Shown one piece after another: positions 28,146 through 37,319 of a DNA stretch of 64,000 bases. The translations under genes and the position numbers were made by a program. The stretch comes from a virus (lineage: Duplodnaviria > Heunggongvirae > Uroviricota > Caudoviricetes), in IMG/VR virus record IMGVR_UViG_3300031994_000063. The stretch is one strand, 5' to 3'. The notes beneath the pieces are model-generated. The model was given only the letters and a program-made list of their open reading frames with translations. It made no database searches and was not told the DNA's origin. How positions within the stretch are numbered: position 1 is the first letter of the stretch; each line of letters starts with the position of its first letter.

Positions 28146-28244
28146 CTACAGCTAGTACAAAGTTAAAAATTGTTAAAGTTGAACTGATTATTTGGTTAGT
28201 TCACCTTTTTTTCGTACCTTTGCATCAATAAAACAATAAACAGC

Positions 28245-28703
28245 ATGAAAAAAATTTTATTTACAATGTTAGCCGCACTCTGTTTGGCTGCTTGTAGCGG
28301 CTTCAGTAAAAAAGACAAAGCATTATTCAGAGTTGATTTCATGGATGCATGTTGTAACTATGAAGTTGCAAAAGGTGAAGTGGTTAGAAGTTATATGAGT
28401 CTAGGTATACAAGAAGGTAAATATATACCTGACACAGTAAAAATTAAAACTGAATTAGACTCGTGTATTCGTGTGTTAATGTCAGAATCATTCGATTCTA
28501 TTTTCATAAACTACAGCGAAGATTTTTTGAAAGATAGAATTATCGGTTATAAATCTAAAGAGGAATTTTATCAAAAATGGGTAGATGAAGGTGTTGAAGA
28601 AGTTATGTCCGTAATTAAGCGTGAAATAAATTACCGTAAAATTATGAATCCAACAGAAGATGATAAAATTGAATTTCTAAAAGAATGTGGACTAATACAA
28701 TAA
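28245..28703 (+). CDS. lipoprotein
   Basis: MKKILFTMLAALCLAACSG signal peptide with lipobox. Confidence 0.55.
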   Translation: MKKILFTMLAALCLAACSGFSKKDKALFRVDFMDACCNYEVAKGEVVRSYMSLGIQEGKYIPDTVKIKTELDSCIRVLMSESFDSIFINYSEDFLKDRIIGYKSKEEFYQKWVDEGVEEVMSVIKREINYRKIMNPTEDDKIEFLKECGLIQ

Positions 28704-28798
28704 TGTTAAATAAGATTAAAGTTGAGGAAGATGGTTGTCTTTCTCAATTTTTTTTTATATTTTTGCAATAAAGTAAAAAATAATTTATAATAAAAGCA

Positions 28799-29215
28799 AT
28801 GGTATTTAATGACTTAAAACAATTAAACGGACAAATAATTCAGTATTATGAGGTGTGTGGAAACAAAGTCACCCCTAGAACTGCACAAGTTAGATATAAT
28901 AGCTACAATAACGTCATCATATTAACGAAATATGATAAACTAGGTAGGCGTACTAAGCCTGGTACCGCTATATTTTTGTCTCACTTCATATTGCCTAATG
29001 GTAATACTACACCATCATCTACAATAAGCACTAATAAATTAGTTGGAGAATCTTCGATGGCTAAAATCCATATCTGGTATAGTTGTAGAACAGATATATA
29101 CATTTACCTTCAAAAAGAGGATGCATATAATAGAGCCATCAATAAATTAAGGGAAGAACGTAGAAATGTTGACAAAAAAATGCTTGCTCTCCAAAAAGAA
29201 TTGTACAAAAAATAA
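28799..29215 (+). CDS. hypothetical protein
   Basis: 138 aa. Promoter upstream. Confidence 0.5.
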   Translation: MVFNDLKQLNGQIIQYYEVCGNKVTPRTAQVRYNSYNNVIILTKYDKLGRRTKPGTAIFLSHFILPNGNTTPSSTISTNKLVGESSMAKIHIWYSCRTDIYIYLQKEDAYNRAINKLREERRNVDKKMLALQKELYKK

Positions 29216-29220
29216 AATAT

Positions 29221-29721
29221 ATGAAAGATAAATTAAGAATATTGGGTGTAGAATTACTCAATTCAAATTTGACGATTGGCACAGTAGAACATTGCACTAG
29301 TGGTTTACTTGGCGCATCCATATCAAGTATGTGTGGACTAGATACAGTTTATTGCGGAACAATAGTTGTTGTTGACCAACCCCATATGGAGAAACTATTA
29401 GATGTATCGCCTAACGCAATAAAAAACAATGGGCTTGTAAGTTCCCAAGTGGCTTGCCAAATGGCTCTAAATGGTCTTTATAAGTTAAATACAGATATTT
29501 GTGTTGCGGTGGTTGGTAATGTATTGCCTACGGAAGACTTTAATGAGGATACTTATAATGTCGTTTGGATTTGTATTGCGACAATGACAGATAAAAAAGT
29601 AGATTTTAAATATAGCAAAATACAAGTAGATGGATTACGAGGCCAAAACATTGAAACTGTAATTGAGTCTGCTTTAGAAACTCTTATAGTTGAAATTAAA
29701 CACATTACTGTTGAAAAATAA
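29221..29721 (+). CDS. pncC: CinA-C/PncC-like NMN deamidase
   Basis: LTIGTVEHCTSGLLGASIS matches the CinA C-terminal domain motif (lT.A.AESCTGG). Confidence 0.6.
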   Translation: MKDKLRILGVELLNSNLTIGTVEHCTSGLLGASISSMCGLDTVYCGTIVVVDQPHMEKLLDVSPNAIKNNGLVSSQVACQMALNGLYKLNTDICVAVVGNVLPTEDFNEDTYNVVWICIATMTDKKVDFKYSKIQVDGLRGQNIETVIESALETLIVEIKHITVEK

Positions 29722-30089
29722 TGGACTGTGTATTTTGTGACATCCAAAAGGATAGGATAATCTATCAAGATTCTTTATGGATTGCTATTTTAGATGGTTA
29801 TCCAGTTTCGGAAGGGCATACCCTATTAATTCCCAAAAGGCATTGCGAAACCTATTTTGATTTAAACCAAGTGGAATTGGGCACTCTTATTGGTGCAATT
29901 GACCGCGTTAAAGAAATACTTGATTCTAAATACAAGCCAAATGGGTATAACATAGGGGTGAATTGTGGCGAGGCTGCTGGGCAAACCGTTATGCATTGCC
30001 ATATACACGTTATACCTAGATATAACGGTGATTGTGAAGACCCAAGAGGGGGTGTGAGGGGTGTCATTCAATCTAAACAAAAATATTAA
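29721..30089 (+). CDS. HIT-family hydrolase
   Basis: HCHIHVIPR histidine-triad motif. Overlapping start (ATG A) with the pncC-like gene. Confidence 0.75.
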   Translation: MDCVFCDIQKDRIIYQDSLWIAILDGYPVSEGHTLLIPKRHCETYFDLNQVELGTLIGAIDRVKEILDSKYKPNGYNIGVNCGEAAGQTVMHCHIHVIPRYNGDCEDPRGGVRGVIQSKQKY

Positions 30090-30510
30090 TATGATTACTG
30101 TGAGAAAATTTTGGACTATTGTATTCATAACAATTGCGTTGTCATTTTCTTTATTAGCCTATGCTGATACCTATTATTTCCAAGGTGTAAAGAAAAAAGA
30201 TACAAATGGCAAAGAATATCTTATTTTTAACGATGGACGAGTTGATATTGGTCTCAAGATAGATGAGAATGACAAATTGCAGTTAATTCCTATAATACCT
30301 AAAACCGACTCCATAGCGAAACAGAAAAAAAAAGACGAAAAAATGGAAAAAGAAAAAAAGAGTGTTGCAAACATTCAAAATTTTGTGAATAATATTTTGA
30401 AACTATCTGTCACCCTTATTGGAATGATAATTATTTTCCTTGTTGTTTCTGTTTTATGCGGCATAATTTGGATAATTGTTGGGATACTTACAATTTATAA
30501 AAAAAGTTAA
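30061..30510 (+). CDS. membrane protein (N- and C-terminal TM helices)
   Basis: FWTIVFITIALSFSLLAYA and LIGMIIIFLVVSVLCGIIWIIVGIL. Confidence 0.5.
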   Translation: MSFNLNKNINMITVRKFWTIVFITIALSFSLLAYADTYYFQGVKKKDTNGKEYLIFNDGRVDIGLKIDENDKLQLIPIIPKTDSIAKQKKKDEKMEKEKKSVANIQNFVNNILKLSVTLIGMIIIFLVVSVLCGIIWIIVGILTIYKKS

Positions 30511-30574
30511 TAAATTTGGCTATTCCAATGTTTTTTCATATCTTTGCATTGTGAAACAAAAAACATTATAAGTT

Positions 30575-30727
30575 ATGATTAACGAATATGACGATTATTT
30601 AGATGAATCCCTTTACGAGGATTACGATGAAGACTATGATGATGACCCCATTTTTGATGACGAATTTGACGATGATTGGGACTATTTTAATTTCCTCAAC
30701 TGCTTCAATAGGAGCTTCTACAATTAA
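30575..30727 (+). CDS. highly acidic small protein (50 aa, ~50% Asp/Glu)
   Basis: MINEYDDYLDESLYEDYDEDYDDDPIFDDEFDDDWDYF... directly after a consensus promoter. Confidence 0.5.
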   Translation: MINEYDDYLDESLYEDYDEDYDDDPIFDDEFDDDWDYFNFLNCFNRSFYN

Positions 30728-30870
30728 ATAAAGATATAGCCAAAGAGAGTCTAACGTAGGATTCGTATATGCGCTGAAACGGAAAGAAATTGGCTTAAAT
30801 GTGTTAGAGTCTAGGCGTAAAACACGGCATATGCGATAGAATTAAATTGAAAGTTCCTTTGGCAATTTGG

Positions 30871-30944
30871 GGGCCTTTAGCTTAGTTGGTTAAAGCAAAA
30901 CACTCATAATGTTGAGACCGCAGGTTCAAGTCCTGCAAGGCCCA
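30871..30944 (+). tRNA. tRNA-Met/Ile(CAT)
   Basis: Acceptor gggcctt/aaggccc. D-arm tagcttagttggttaaagc. Loop ctcataa. T-arm gcagg-ttcaagt-cctgc. Confidence 0.55.
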
Positions 30945-31050
30945 CGATGGCATCAGAGTCATTAGGTGACAGGCCATTACCTTTTGAAAGTTCGATACCA
31001 TTCTAGGTACTTAGGTCTTTGCTATAATAGACGATATAAACAGATAGCGC

Positions 31051-31124
31051 CGCAGAGTGGAGCAGTTGGTTAGCTTGCCCCACGCATAATGGGGAGGTCG
31101 GTAGTTCGAATCTATCCTCTGCAA
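31051..31124 (+). tRNA. initiator-like tRNA-fMet(CAT)
   Basis: C1·A72 mismatch with otherwise paired acceptor cgcagag/ctctgca. Anticodon stem cccca/tgggg (G-C rich next to the loop). Loop cgcataa. Confidence 0.5.
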
Positions 31125-31142
31125 CTAAGAAATATATAGTGT

Positions 31143-31502
31143 ATGGATAAAGAATTAACATTTAAAGACGTATATATGCCACCATTTTATATTGGTGGAT
31201 TCAAAATTTATGGCTTCAGCAAGAACGGAACTAAAACATTTACAGCGTTTGGGGATGTTGCGCAATCGCATATGTTTAACATTGTGGGCATTCTCAATGG
31301 TGAGTCATCTGAAAAATACAATAAAAAAGATGTAACTGTAGAGAAAGACAAACTATACATCAATGGTAATCTGATTATGGTTCGTGGTTGGGGAAAACTC
31401 ACTGGAACTGGGGAAGGGTGTTATCATCTTAACCACACGGATGCAGCAAAACTCCAAGATAAATTTATCCAATGGGTTGTAGATACGATTACTGAGGATT
31501 AA
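31143..31502 (+). CDS. hypothetical protein
   Basis: 119-aa ORF. No motifs recognised. Confidence 0.5.
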   Translation: MDKELTFKDVYMPPFYIGGFKIYGFSKNGTKTFTAFGDVAQSHMFNIVGILNGESSEKYNKKDVTVEKDKLYINGNLIMVRGWGKLTGTGEGCYHLNHTDAAKLQDKFIQWVVDTITED

Positions 31503-31592
31503 TTATTAAATGATGTTAACAAATTTGGTTAAACCATTTTTTTTTTCATATCTTTGCATCGAATTTCAAACAACTAATTTAAATATTAAAAC

Positions 31593-32414
31593 ATGAAGAA
31601 ATTTTTAGTAGCATTTTCGCTTGCCGTTGTAGCAATGGCAAGTATGACAAGTTGTCATGGTGTACGTCCAGAGGCTGATGAAGAGGCGGTTCTCGTTGAT
31701 AAACCTTGGTTTTTGGGGCATGGCGGCATTAACATGACTCCAGTACAGACTGGTTTGTCATGGGTTTGGTGGAGCACGTCTTCTGAGACATTTAAGATTG
31801 TTCCGTTCAAGCATCAAGTGGATATGGACGATTTGTTCTCTGATGACAACACACCGTTGGATTTTCATACCATTATCATCACACAGATTGAGAAGGGTAA
31901 GTCTCCTATTCTGTTGCAGAATTATGGTGTAGATTGGTTCAATACTAACTTGTATAACTATTACTGTAACTTGGTACGTGACCATATTTCTCAGCATAGT
32001 CCTTTTGACCTTATGAGTAATCGTGCAATCCTCAATGAAATTGACACAAAGGTACTTAAGCAGATGCAAGATTATGTGGCAAAGTTGTCCAAGGAGAAAG
32101 AGTTTCCAGTTGTCATAAAACAAGTTACCATTGGTAAGGCTATGCCTAATAAGGAGCAGTTGGCCGAAATGAACAATACGGCAAAGGCTGTGCAAGCAAA
32201 GCAGACTCAAGAGCGTGAGGCAGAGGTACAGTTAGCTCGTGAAAAGGCTGAACGTCAGAGGGCAATTGCTGATAAGGCATATATGTCAGCACTGAACCTT
32301 ACAGTTCCTCAATACATTGAACTGCGTAAGTGGGAAGTCATTGAAAAGAAGAATGGTGCTAACATTGACGTAGTTGTCGGTGGAGGTACAGCAATGATGT
32401 ATCCAGTAAAATGA
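31593..32414 (+). CDS. lipoprotein, possible SPFH/band-7-like C-terminal region
   Basis: MKKFLVAFSLAVVAMASMTSC lipobox. C-terminal Ala/Glu/Gln-rich helical segment. Higher GC than neighbours. Confidence 0.45.
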   Translation: MKKFLVAFSLAVVAMASMTSCHGVRPEADEEAVLVDKPWFLGHGGINMTPVQTGLSWVWWSTSSETFKIVPFKHQVDMDDLFSDDNTPLDFHTIIITQIEKGKSPILLQNYGVDWFNTNLYNYYCNLVRDHISQHSPFDLMSNRAILNEIDTKVLKQMQDYVAKLSKEKEFPVVIKQVTIGKAMPNKEQLAEMNNTAKAVQAKQTQEREAEVQLAREKAERQRAIADKAYMSALNLTVPQYIELRKWEVIEKKNGANIDVVVGGGTAMMYPVK

Positions 32415-32613
32415 CGAACTAAGGGTATACAACCTTCCCTTTTCTATCGCGTAATGGTGTGACGCATAAGGTTGTGGAGTGGTTGCCCTCAAGCAACTGA
32501 CTGGGTTGTCGGAATTCGAGTCTGTGTGGGTTTTAAACCGTCTCGTTGGTTGAGTACAACTGTTGCCTTTAGGTGGAATGAGCAACGCTAGCAAAATCAA
32601 TCCACCGCTATAC

Positions 32614-32690
32614 TCCCTTCGTCTAATGGCTAGGACAACAATAGCGCGACGCTGGAGAACGAGGTTCGATTCCTTGAGGGGGTACAAACA
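32614..32690 (+). tRNA. tRNA-like (acceptor actccct/agggggt, D-arm gtctaatggctaggac, T-arm cgagg-ttcgatt-ccttg); anticodon arm aberrant
   Basis: Acceptor, D- and T-arms are good. No canonical 7-nt anticodon loop. Confidence 0.35.
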
Positions 32691-32699
32691 TTTAGGAAT

Positions 32700-33089
32700 A
32701 TGGATAAAAAAGTTGTAAGTGTTGTGGTGGATGGGGTTGAAAAAGAAAAAATCACCATTGGTGAAGCCAATGAAAGAAAAAAAACATTTTCCCCACTTTT
32801 AGTAAATAACATTTGTTATGAGGAATTACGGGATGCGAGGAAAAAGGTGAAAACGACTAATTATGGCACAAGTTTTGACCTTGAAAATTTAATTAAATAC
32901 TTACAAGAAATACATTCTAAATTTGGTAATATGGATGTATTATATTATAATGGAAAAACTGAATGTTTTACTCGTCCATCTTTATCAGATATAGATGTGG
33001 TCAAAAAATATTTTACTATTTCTGGAAACATGGAAACAAAAAATATGGAAATAAAAAATGATAAAGCTTTATCATTTTTTCATTCATGA
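32700..33089 (+). CDS. hypothetical protein
   Basis: 129-aa ORF. No motifs recognised. Confidence 0.5.
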   Translation: MDKKVVSVVVDGVEKEKITIGEANERKKTFSPLLVNNICYEELRDARKKVKTTNYGTSFDLENLIKYLQEIHSKFGNMDVLYYNGKTECFTRPSLSDIDVVKKYFTISGNMETKNMEIKNDKALSFFHS

Positions 33090-33126
33090 AATAATAAATA
33101 CTGCACACTAATCAATAATTTTTTAT

Positions 33127-34113
33127 ATGGCAAATAAACCATCTTTAACAGACATATTCAGTGGCATGAGTGCCAATGAGACAATTGTTAAAGCGAAAGA
33201 GCAGAAAGACCCTAAGAAACTTTGGAAAGAGTTTTGGTTTGAAAATGAGGTCTGTTGCCTTTTTGCTGACGCAAATGTCGGTAAGAGTATTCTTGCCGTT
33301 CAGATTGGTAATGCCATTGCTGAAAAAGTGAAAAACGGTGAGACTGTTTTATACTATGACTTTGAGTTGAGTAAAAAGCAGTTTGAACTTAGATATACTG
33401 ACGAAAAAACAAAGGATACATTTAATTTCAGTGATAAATTCATTAGAGTGGAACTTGATTCAGATGCGGTCAAAGATTATTGTGACGCGACAAAAGAGAG
33501 TTTCGATGATGTTCTTATTGGAGGAATTGAGGCTAACATTAACAAATATAATTCAAGAATTATAATTGTTGATAACCTTAGTTGGCTTGTCAATATGAAA
33601 GATACTGCAACTACTGCTGGAAAACTTATGAAAAATCTCTGTACGTTAAAGAAAAAATACGGAATGAGTATTCTAGTTCTCTCGCACACGCCAAAAAGGA
33701 ATTTGGGTTCTCCACTTACGCAGAACAGCCTAAGTGGTAGTAAAAAACTAACCAATTTCTTTGATGCAATGTTTGCAGTCGGTATGAGTCTTAAAGACCA
33801 AACGCTGAGATACGTTAAGCAGATTAAAGTTCGTACTGGCGAGTTCAAGTATGGTGCTAACCATGTTGAGATTTGTAAGATTGAGAAGAACGGCTCATTC
33901 CTAGGATTCACACACATTGGATATGCAACTGAGGCTGAACACTTGCAACCGCCAAAAAAGAAAGAGATTGTTAAAACTGTTTCTAGTGGTGGAAAGAAGA
34001 GAAAAGGCAGACGTACAATGAGTGGAAGAATGTTTAGGAGCGAATTAGCGGCATACCAGATAGATATGATTTCACAATTGGTTGATGATGCATTTGAAAC
34101 ATTTACTAAATAG
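33127..34113 (+). CDS. RecA/KaiC/DnaB-like P-loop ATPase (Sak4-like candidate)
   Basis: Walker A FADANVGKSI. Walker B IIIVDNLSWL. Basic C-terminal tail. Confidence 0.5.
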   Translation: MANKPSLTDIFSGMSANETIVKAKEQKDPKKLWKEFWFENEVCCLFADANVGKSILAVQIGNAIAEKVKNGETVLYYDFELSKKQFELRYTDEKTKDTFNFSDKFIRVELDSDAVKDYCDATKESFDDVLIGGIEANINKYNSRIIIVDNLSWLVNMKDTATTAGKLMKNLCTLKKKYGMSILVLSHTPKRNLGSPLTQNSLSGSKKLTNFFDAMFAVGMSLKDQTLRYVKQIKVRTGEFKYGANHVEICKIEKNGSFLGFTHIGYATEAEHLQPPKKKEIVKTVSSGGKKRKGRRTMSGRMFRSELAAYQIDMISQLVDDAFETFTK

Positions 34114-34121
34114 ATTAATAT

Positions 34122-34739
34122 ATGAAGAAAGTGACATTATCAAGTTGTATCACCAAACTCTTTTTAGGAGTTGTGATAGTGATGGGATTCATTTGGGTGT
34201 TCTCTAAGCTATTTCCTAGAGCATATGATACATTAGAAGCCAAGGCGTTAGGAATCGAAAAGGACACGGCTACAGTGATTCAGATTACCAAATCGGATAC
34301 AATACCGAAGACTGAAACCACAAAGGTTTTGAAGCAAGTTCCAAATGACTTTAAACTAGCGGTCAAACTACAACATGAGGATAATTGCTACCTTGTTCCC
34401 ACTAAAATCAACGGAATACCGATGATGATGACATTGGATACAGGTGCTACCGACATTTCTATTTCTGTTGTTGAGTATATGTTCTTGAAAAAGCAAAAAT
34501 TACTCAATGATTCAACTCTAGAAAGTGGCCAATGTAGGATTGCCAATGGAGATACGGTAAAGTCTTATACAATCATTATAAATGAGGTAGAAGTGGGAGG
34601 TATAAAGGTTAATAACATACCTTGCGTTGTTATGGAACAGCAAGATGCTCCTTTACTATTAGGTATGAGTGTTTTAAAGAAATTAGGTGATGATATTTCC
34701 ATTGATTACAAACGTAACCTTTTAATATTAAGGAAATAG
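34122..34739 (+). CDS. retropepsin-like aspartic protease with N-terminal TM segment
   Basis: MMMTLDTGATDISIS carries the D-T-G-A active-site motif. GMSVLKKLG near the C-terminus. Confidence 0.55.
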   Translation: MKKVTLSSCITKLFLGVVIVMGFIWVFSKLFPRAYDTLEAKALGIEKDTATVIQITKSDTIPKTETTKVLKQVPNDFKLAVKLQHEDNCYLVPTKINGIPMMMTLDTGATDISISVVEYMFLKKQKLLNDSTLESGQCRIANGDTVKSYTIIINEVEVGGIKVNNIPCVVMEQQDAPLLLGMSVLKKLGDDISIDYKRNLLILRK

Positions 34740-34753
34740 TTAAAACATTAACA

Positions 34754-34810
34754 GTTTTTAACACGAAAAAATTTGGAAATTACAAATAAAATTTATATCT
34801 TTGCAATGTG
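34754..34810 (+). promoter_or_regulatory. promoter, copy 1 of a 57-nt tandem duplicated unit
   Basis: gtttttaacacgaaaaaatttggaaattacaaataaaatttatatctttgcaatgt. Repeated at 34854 with period 100. Confidence 0.55.
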
Positions 34811-34853
34811 ATTCGGAAACGAAAACAATATACAAAATGAGGTTTAAATTTTA

Positions 34854-34910
34854 AATGTTTTTAACACGAAAAAATTTGGAAATTACAAATAAAATTTATA
34901 TCTTTGCAAT
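34854..34910 (+). promoter_or_regulatory. promoter, copy 2 of the tandem duplicated unit
   Basis: Identical 57-mer to copy 1. Confidence 0.55.
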
Positions 34911-34996
34911 GTAAAACAAAAACAAACTAGCAACGAAAGTTGCAAACAAATATTTCACAATTCACAATTTTTTATTAACTTTAAAACTTAAACAAA

Positions 34997-35344
34997 ATGG
35001 GAAAGTTTTTACAGATGATGAGTCAGAATGACTCGAAGGCTCTTGTAGCACGTGCGTCACAAATTAACACTCAGGCAAAGATTGCCCAGGAGGAGATTAT
35101 CCACAAGCTCAAGATTGAGAAGACTAACGTGGAAATGCAGATTCAGGGTCTGACTGACTTCGCTCCAGACACCACTGATTCTCTGCGCCCTGGTGTAAAG
35201 GGTTGGAATCCTAACAAGTGGGCTGCTGACCTGCAGGATGCTAAGACTCGTCTCTACGAGCTTGGTGTTGAACTGAAGATTGCTCAGTCAACCTATGACG
35301 AGTTCTTCGGTGGTGACGATGAGGATGCGGCTGATGCCAAGTAA
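34997..35344 (+). CDS. hypothetical protein (GC-rich moron)
   Basis: 115 aa. Markedly higher GC. Followed by an intrinsic terminator. Confidence 0.5.
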   Translation: MGKFLQMMSQNDSKALVARASQINTQAKIAQEEIIHKLKIEKTNVEMQIQGLTDFAPDTTDSLRPGVKGWNPNKWAADLQDAKTRLYELGVELKIAQSTYDEFFGGDDEDAADAK

Positions 35345-35364
35345 TCAGAGACACCTCTAACCTA

Positions 35365-35401
35365 GGTGGGTAGCCACCAAAATGGCTACTCACCTTTTTT
35401 C
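35365..35401 (+). terminator. rho-independent terminator
   Basis: ggtgggtagcca-ccaaaa-tggctactcacc followed by tttttt. Confidence 0.6.
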
Positions 35402-35432
35402 AAAGTATTAACTTAAAAAGACAAGAGACTTT

Positions 35433-36017
35433 ATGTGGAAATTCGTAAAACTTCATTCTGACAACAGCCCTATGGCTGAGATTTTGTCACAGTGCAGCGA
35501 CAAGTCTAATCTCCGTCTCGTTATCTATCACCTCTCTGAGAATCATGTAGAGTGTGCAACTGTCAGCCCTAACGAGGTTCGTCAGCTTACTCTCACTAGT
35601 GAAGAGGCACGTACAATCCGCAATGAGGCACGTAATGGTGTACATGCGATTCTTGCCTTTGACTGTGGTAGTGGACACGTTTACTTGATTGACAGTACTC
35701 CAGAGCTTCAAGTTGCTTCGGCTGTGTTGCTTTGCGTTGTTACTGAATTGCTGAATGGCTGCGTACAGCCAAGGCAGAATCAGTGTGGTAGACCAGAGGT
35801 ACGTATGGCACGTCCTAGCATCGAGAAAGTTGCTGAAGCCAACTATCGTGCAATGCAGCAGTTCGAGCAAGAGGTTGCAAGACGTGACGCTCACGGACGC
35901 TTTGTCCGCAAGGCAGATTCGCTTGTTGCTCATCCAAACGAGCCTTGGAAGAATCCTCCATTGGCAGAGAGTGCTGATACCGTTATGAATCGTAGGTTCA
36001 GACTCGGTAGACACTAA
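35433..36017 (+). CDS. hypothetical protein (GC-rich moron)
   Basis: 194 aa. Plus strand chosen over the fully overlapping minus ORF because all other genes here are plus-strand. A terminator follows. Confidence 0.45.
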   Translation: MWKFVKLHSDNSPMAEILSQCSDKSNLRLVIYHLSENHVECATVSPNEVRQLTLTSEEARTIRNEARNGVHAILAFDCGSGHVYLIDSTPELQVASAVLLCVVTELLNGCVQPRQNQCGRPEVRMARPSIEKVAEANYRAMQQFEQEVARRDAHGRFVRKADSLVAHPNEPWKNPPLAESADTVMNRRFRLGRH

Positions 36018-36024
36018 ACAAACT

Positions 36025-36066
36025 AAGGCTTATCATTTAGGAGAATGGATGATAAGCCTTTTTTAT
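36025..36066 (+). terminator. rho-independent terminator
   Basis: aaggcttatcat ... atgataagcctt followed by tttta. Confidence 0.55.
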
Positions 36067-36069
36067 TAA

Positions 36070-36142
36070 GGTGGGGTGGCTGAACGAATTAGGCACGGAC
36101 CTCCTAAGTCCGACAATATGGGTTTGACTCCCATCCCCATCA
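36070..36142 (+). tRNA. tRNA-Arg(CCT)
   Basis: Acceptor ggtgggg/ccccatc (one G·U). Anticodon stem cggac/gtccg with loop ctcctaa. T-arm atggg-tttgact-cccat. Confidence 0.55.
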
Positions 36143-36372
36143 CAAATACATAATAAATATGAAATACGAAAAAGATTTCCAAACATATTTGTTTAATATG
36201 CATTCCAATGGCGATATATTCGCTGAATATTGGAGGCCATTCACCTATGAGGAATGGGTTAAAAATGGAAAACCGATTCATGATGGTGGTGTTAAATTAG
36301 ATGATAATACGGAGCATCTAACCACTTTCAGATATTAAATTATTTTTTGTACGTATTAGAATATTTATAATC

Positions 36373-36660
36373 ATGAAAACTAGGGATAAAGCATATAGAA
36401 GGTGGAAAGACCGCATGAAATATGTATCTAGGCTGAAAAAGGTTCTATATTATTGGGGTGTTGAAGATAAAAATGCCCCTAACAAATGGAGAAAGGCGAA
36501 AAACTGGAAAGAGTTAGATACTCCAGATAGTAAAGCTAAACAGTATAAGACTGTTACTAGAAAATGGTCTTATATGTATGATAAAATAGAATCGCATATA
36601 AGGAATAAAAAACAACGAAAAGAAGGAAAAGATATTTCAAATAATTTTCTTAAAACATAG
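36373..36660 (+). CDS. hypothetical basic protein
   Basis: 95 aa. Lys/Arg-rich. Confidence 0.5.
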   Translation: MKTRDKAYRRWKDRMKYVSRLKKVLYYWGVEDKNAPNKWRKAKNWKELDTPDSKAKQYKTVTRKWSYMYDKIESHIRNKKQRKEGKDISNNFLKT

Positions 36661-37319
36661 TATTTATGATACCATGTAATGAAAAATGTCAATTATATTT
36701 TAGGTGCGAATTTGCAAGTCGCAGACCTAGATGTATTTTCGATATGGGGATATATGTTGAAGAAGAAGATGAAGATGAATTTCTTGAAAAATTAACTTAT
36801 TAAAATAAGAATAAATTATGATGATGCCAAAAGATAAAGAAATGCAAGATTTTTTCCGTAAGAAATTGAGGATAGCTTTACTTGGTGAAACATCATTAAT
36901 GACGCACAATCAAGTGAGCGAATTATGTAGGAAATTCTTTGAATACGGCATAGAATACGCTAAAAAGTCTTAAGGAAAGTTTTGTTAGGCAATTAAATAG
37001 AATAATTATGCAAGTACTTTAAATAGAACTATAATATAATTATGGATTATATATTAATAGAAAATTATGCTTGTGGTTTAACAGACTTATATTTGTATCA
37101 CCTAGCCAGCACGTGAGGCAGATTGGGATGCAAGGGCTTTCAAGGTTAATCCAACTAGCAATGGCGTAGCTAACTATTGCATAGGGGTTAACTTTTTTGT
37201 TTTTTAACGGTAGTAGTACATTGTACGAGAATGTTGACCTAGGCGGCAGTGGTGCAAATCCATAACTACCGACATTAGTTATAATAATTTAATTAAAAAA
37301 TTTAGAAAATTAAGTAAAG

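Noticed and set aside
35487-36014. Minus-strand 175-aa ORF overlapping plus ORF 35433-36017
   Set aside because: Both strands are open in this GC-rich moron. The plus strand was kept because it is followed by a plus-strand intrinsic terminator and all neighbouring genes are plus-strand. This call remains uncertain.
4508-36660. Genome-wide TAG stop-codon reassignment, suggested by the CTA-anticodon tRNA
   Set aside because: Within this window, genes ending in TAG (4508, 33127, 34122, 36373) have plausible lengths and are followed by promoters or terminators. No gene appears fragmented at an in-frame TAG. Recoding, if any, is not evident here.
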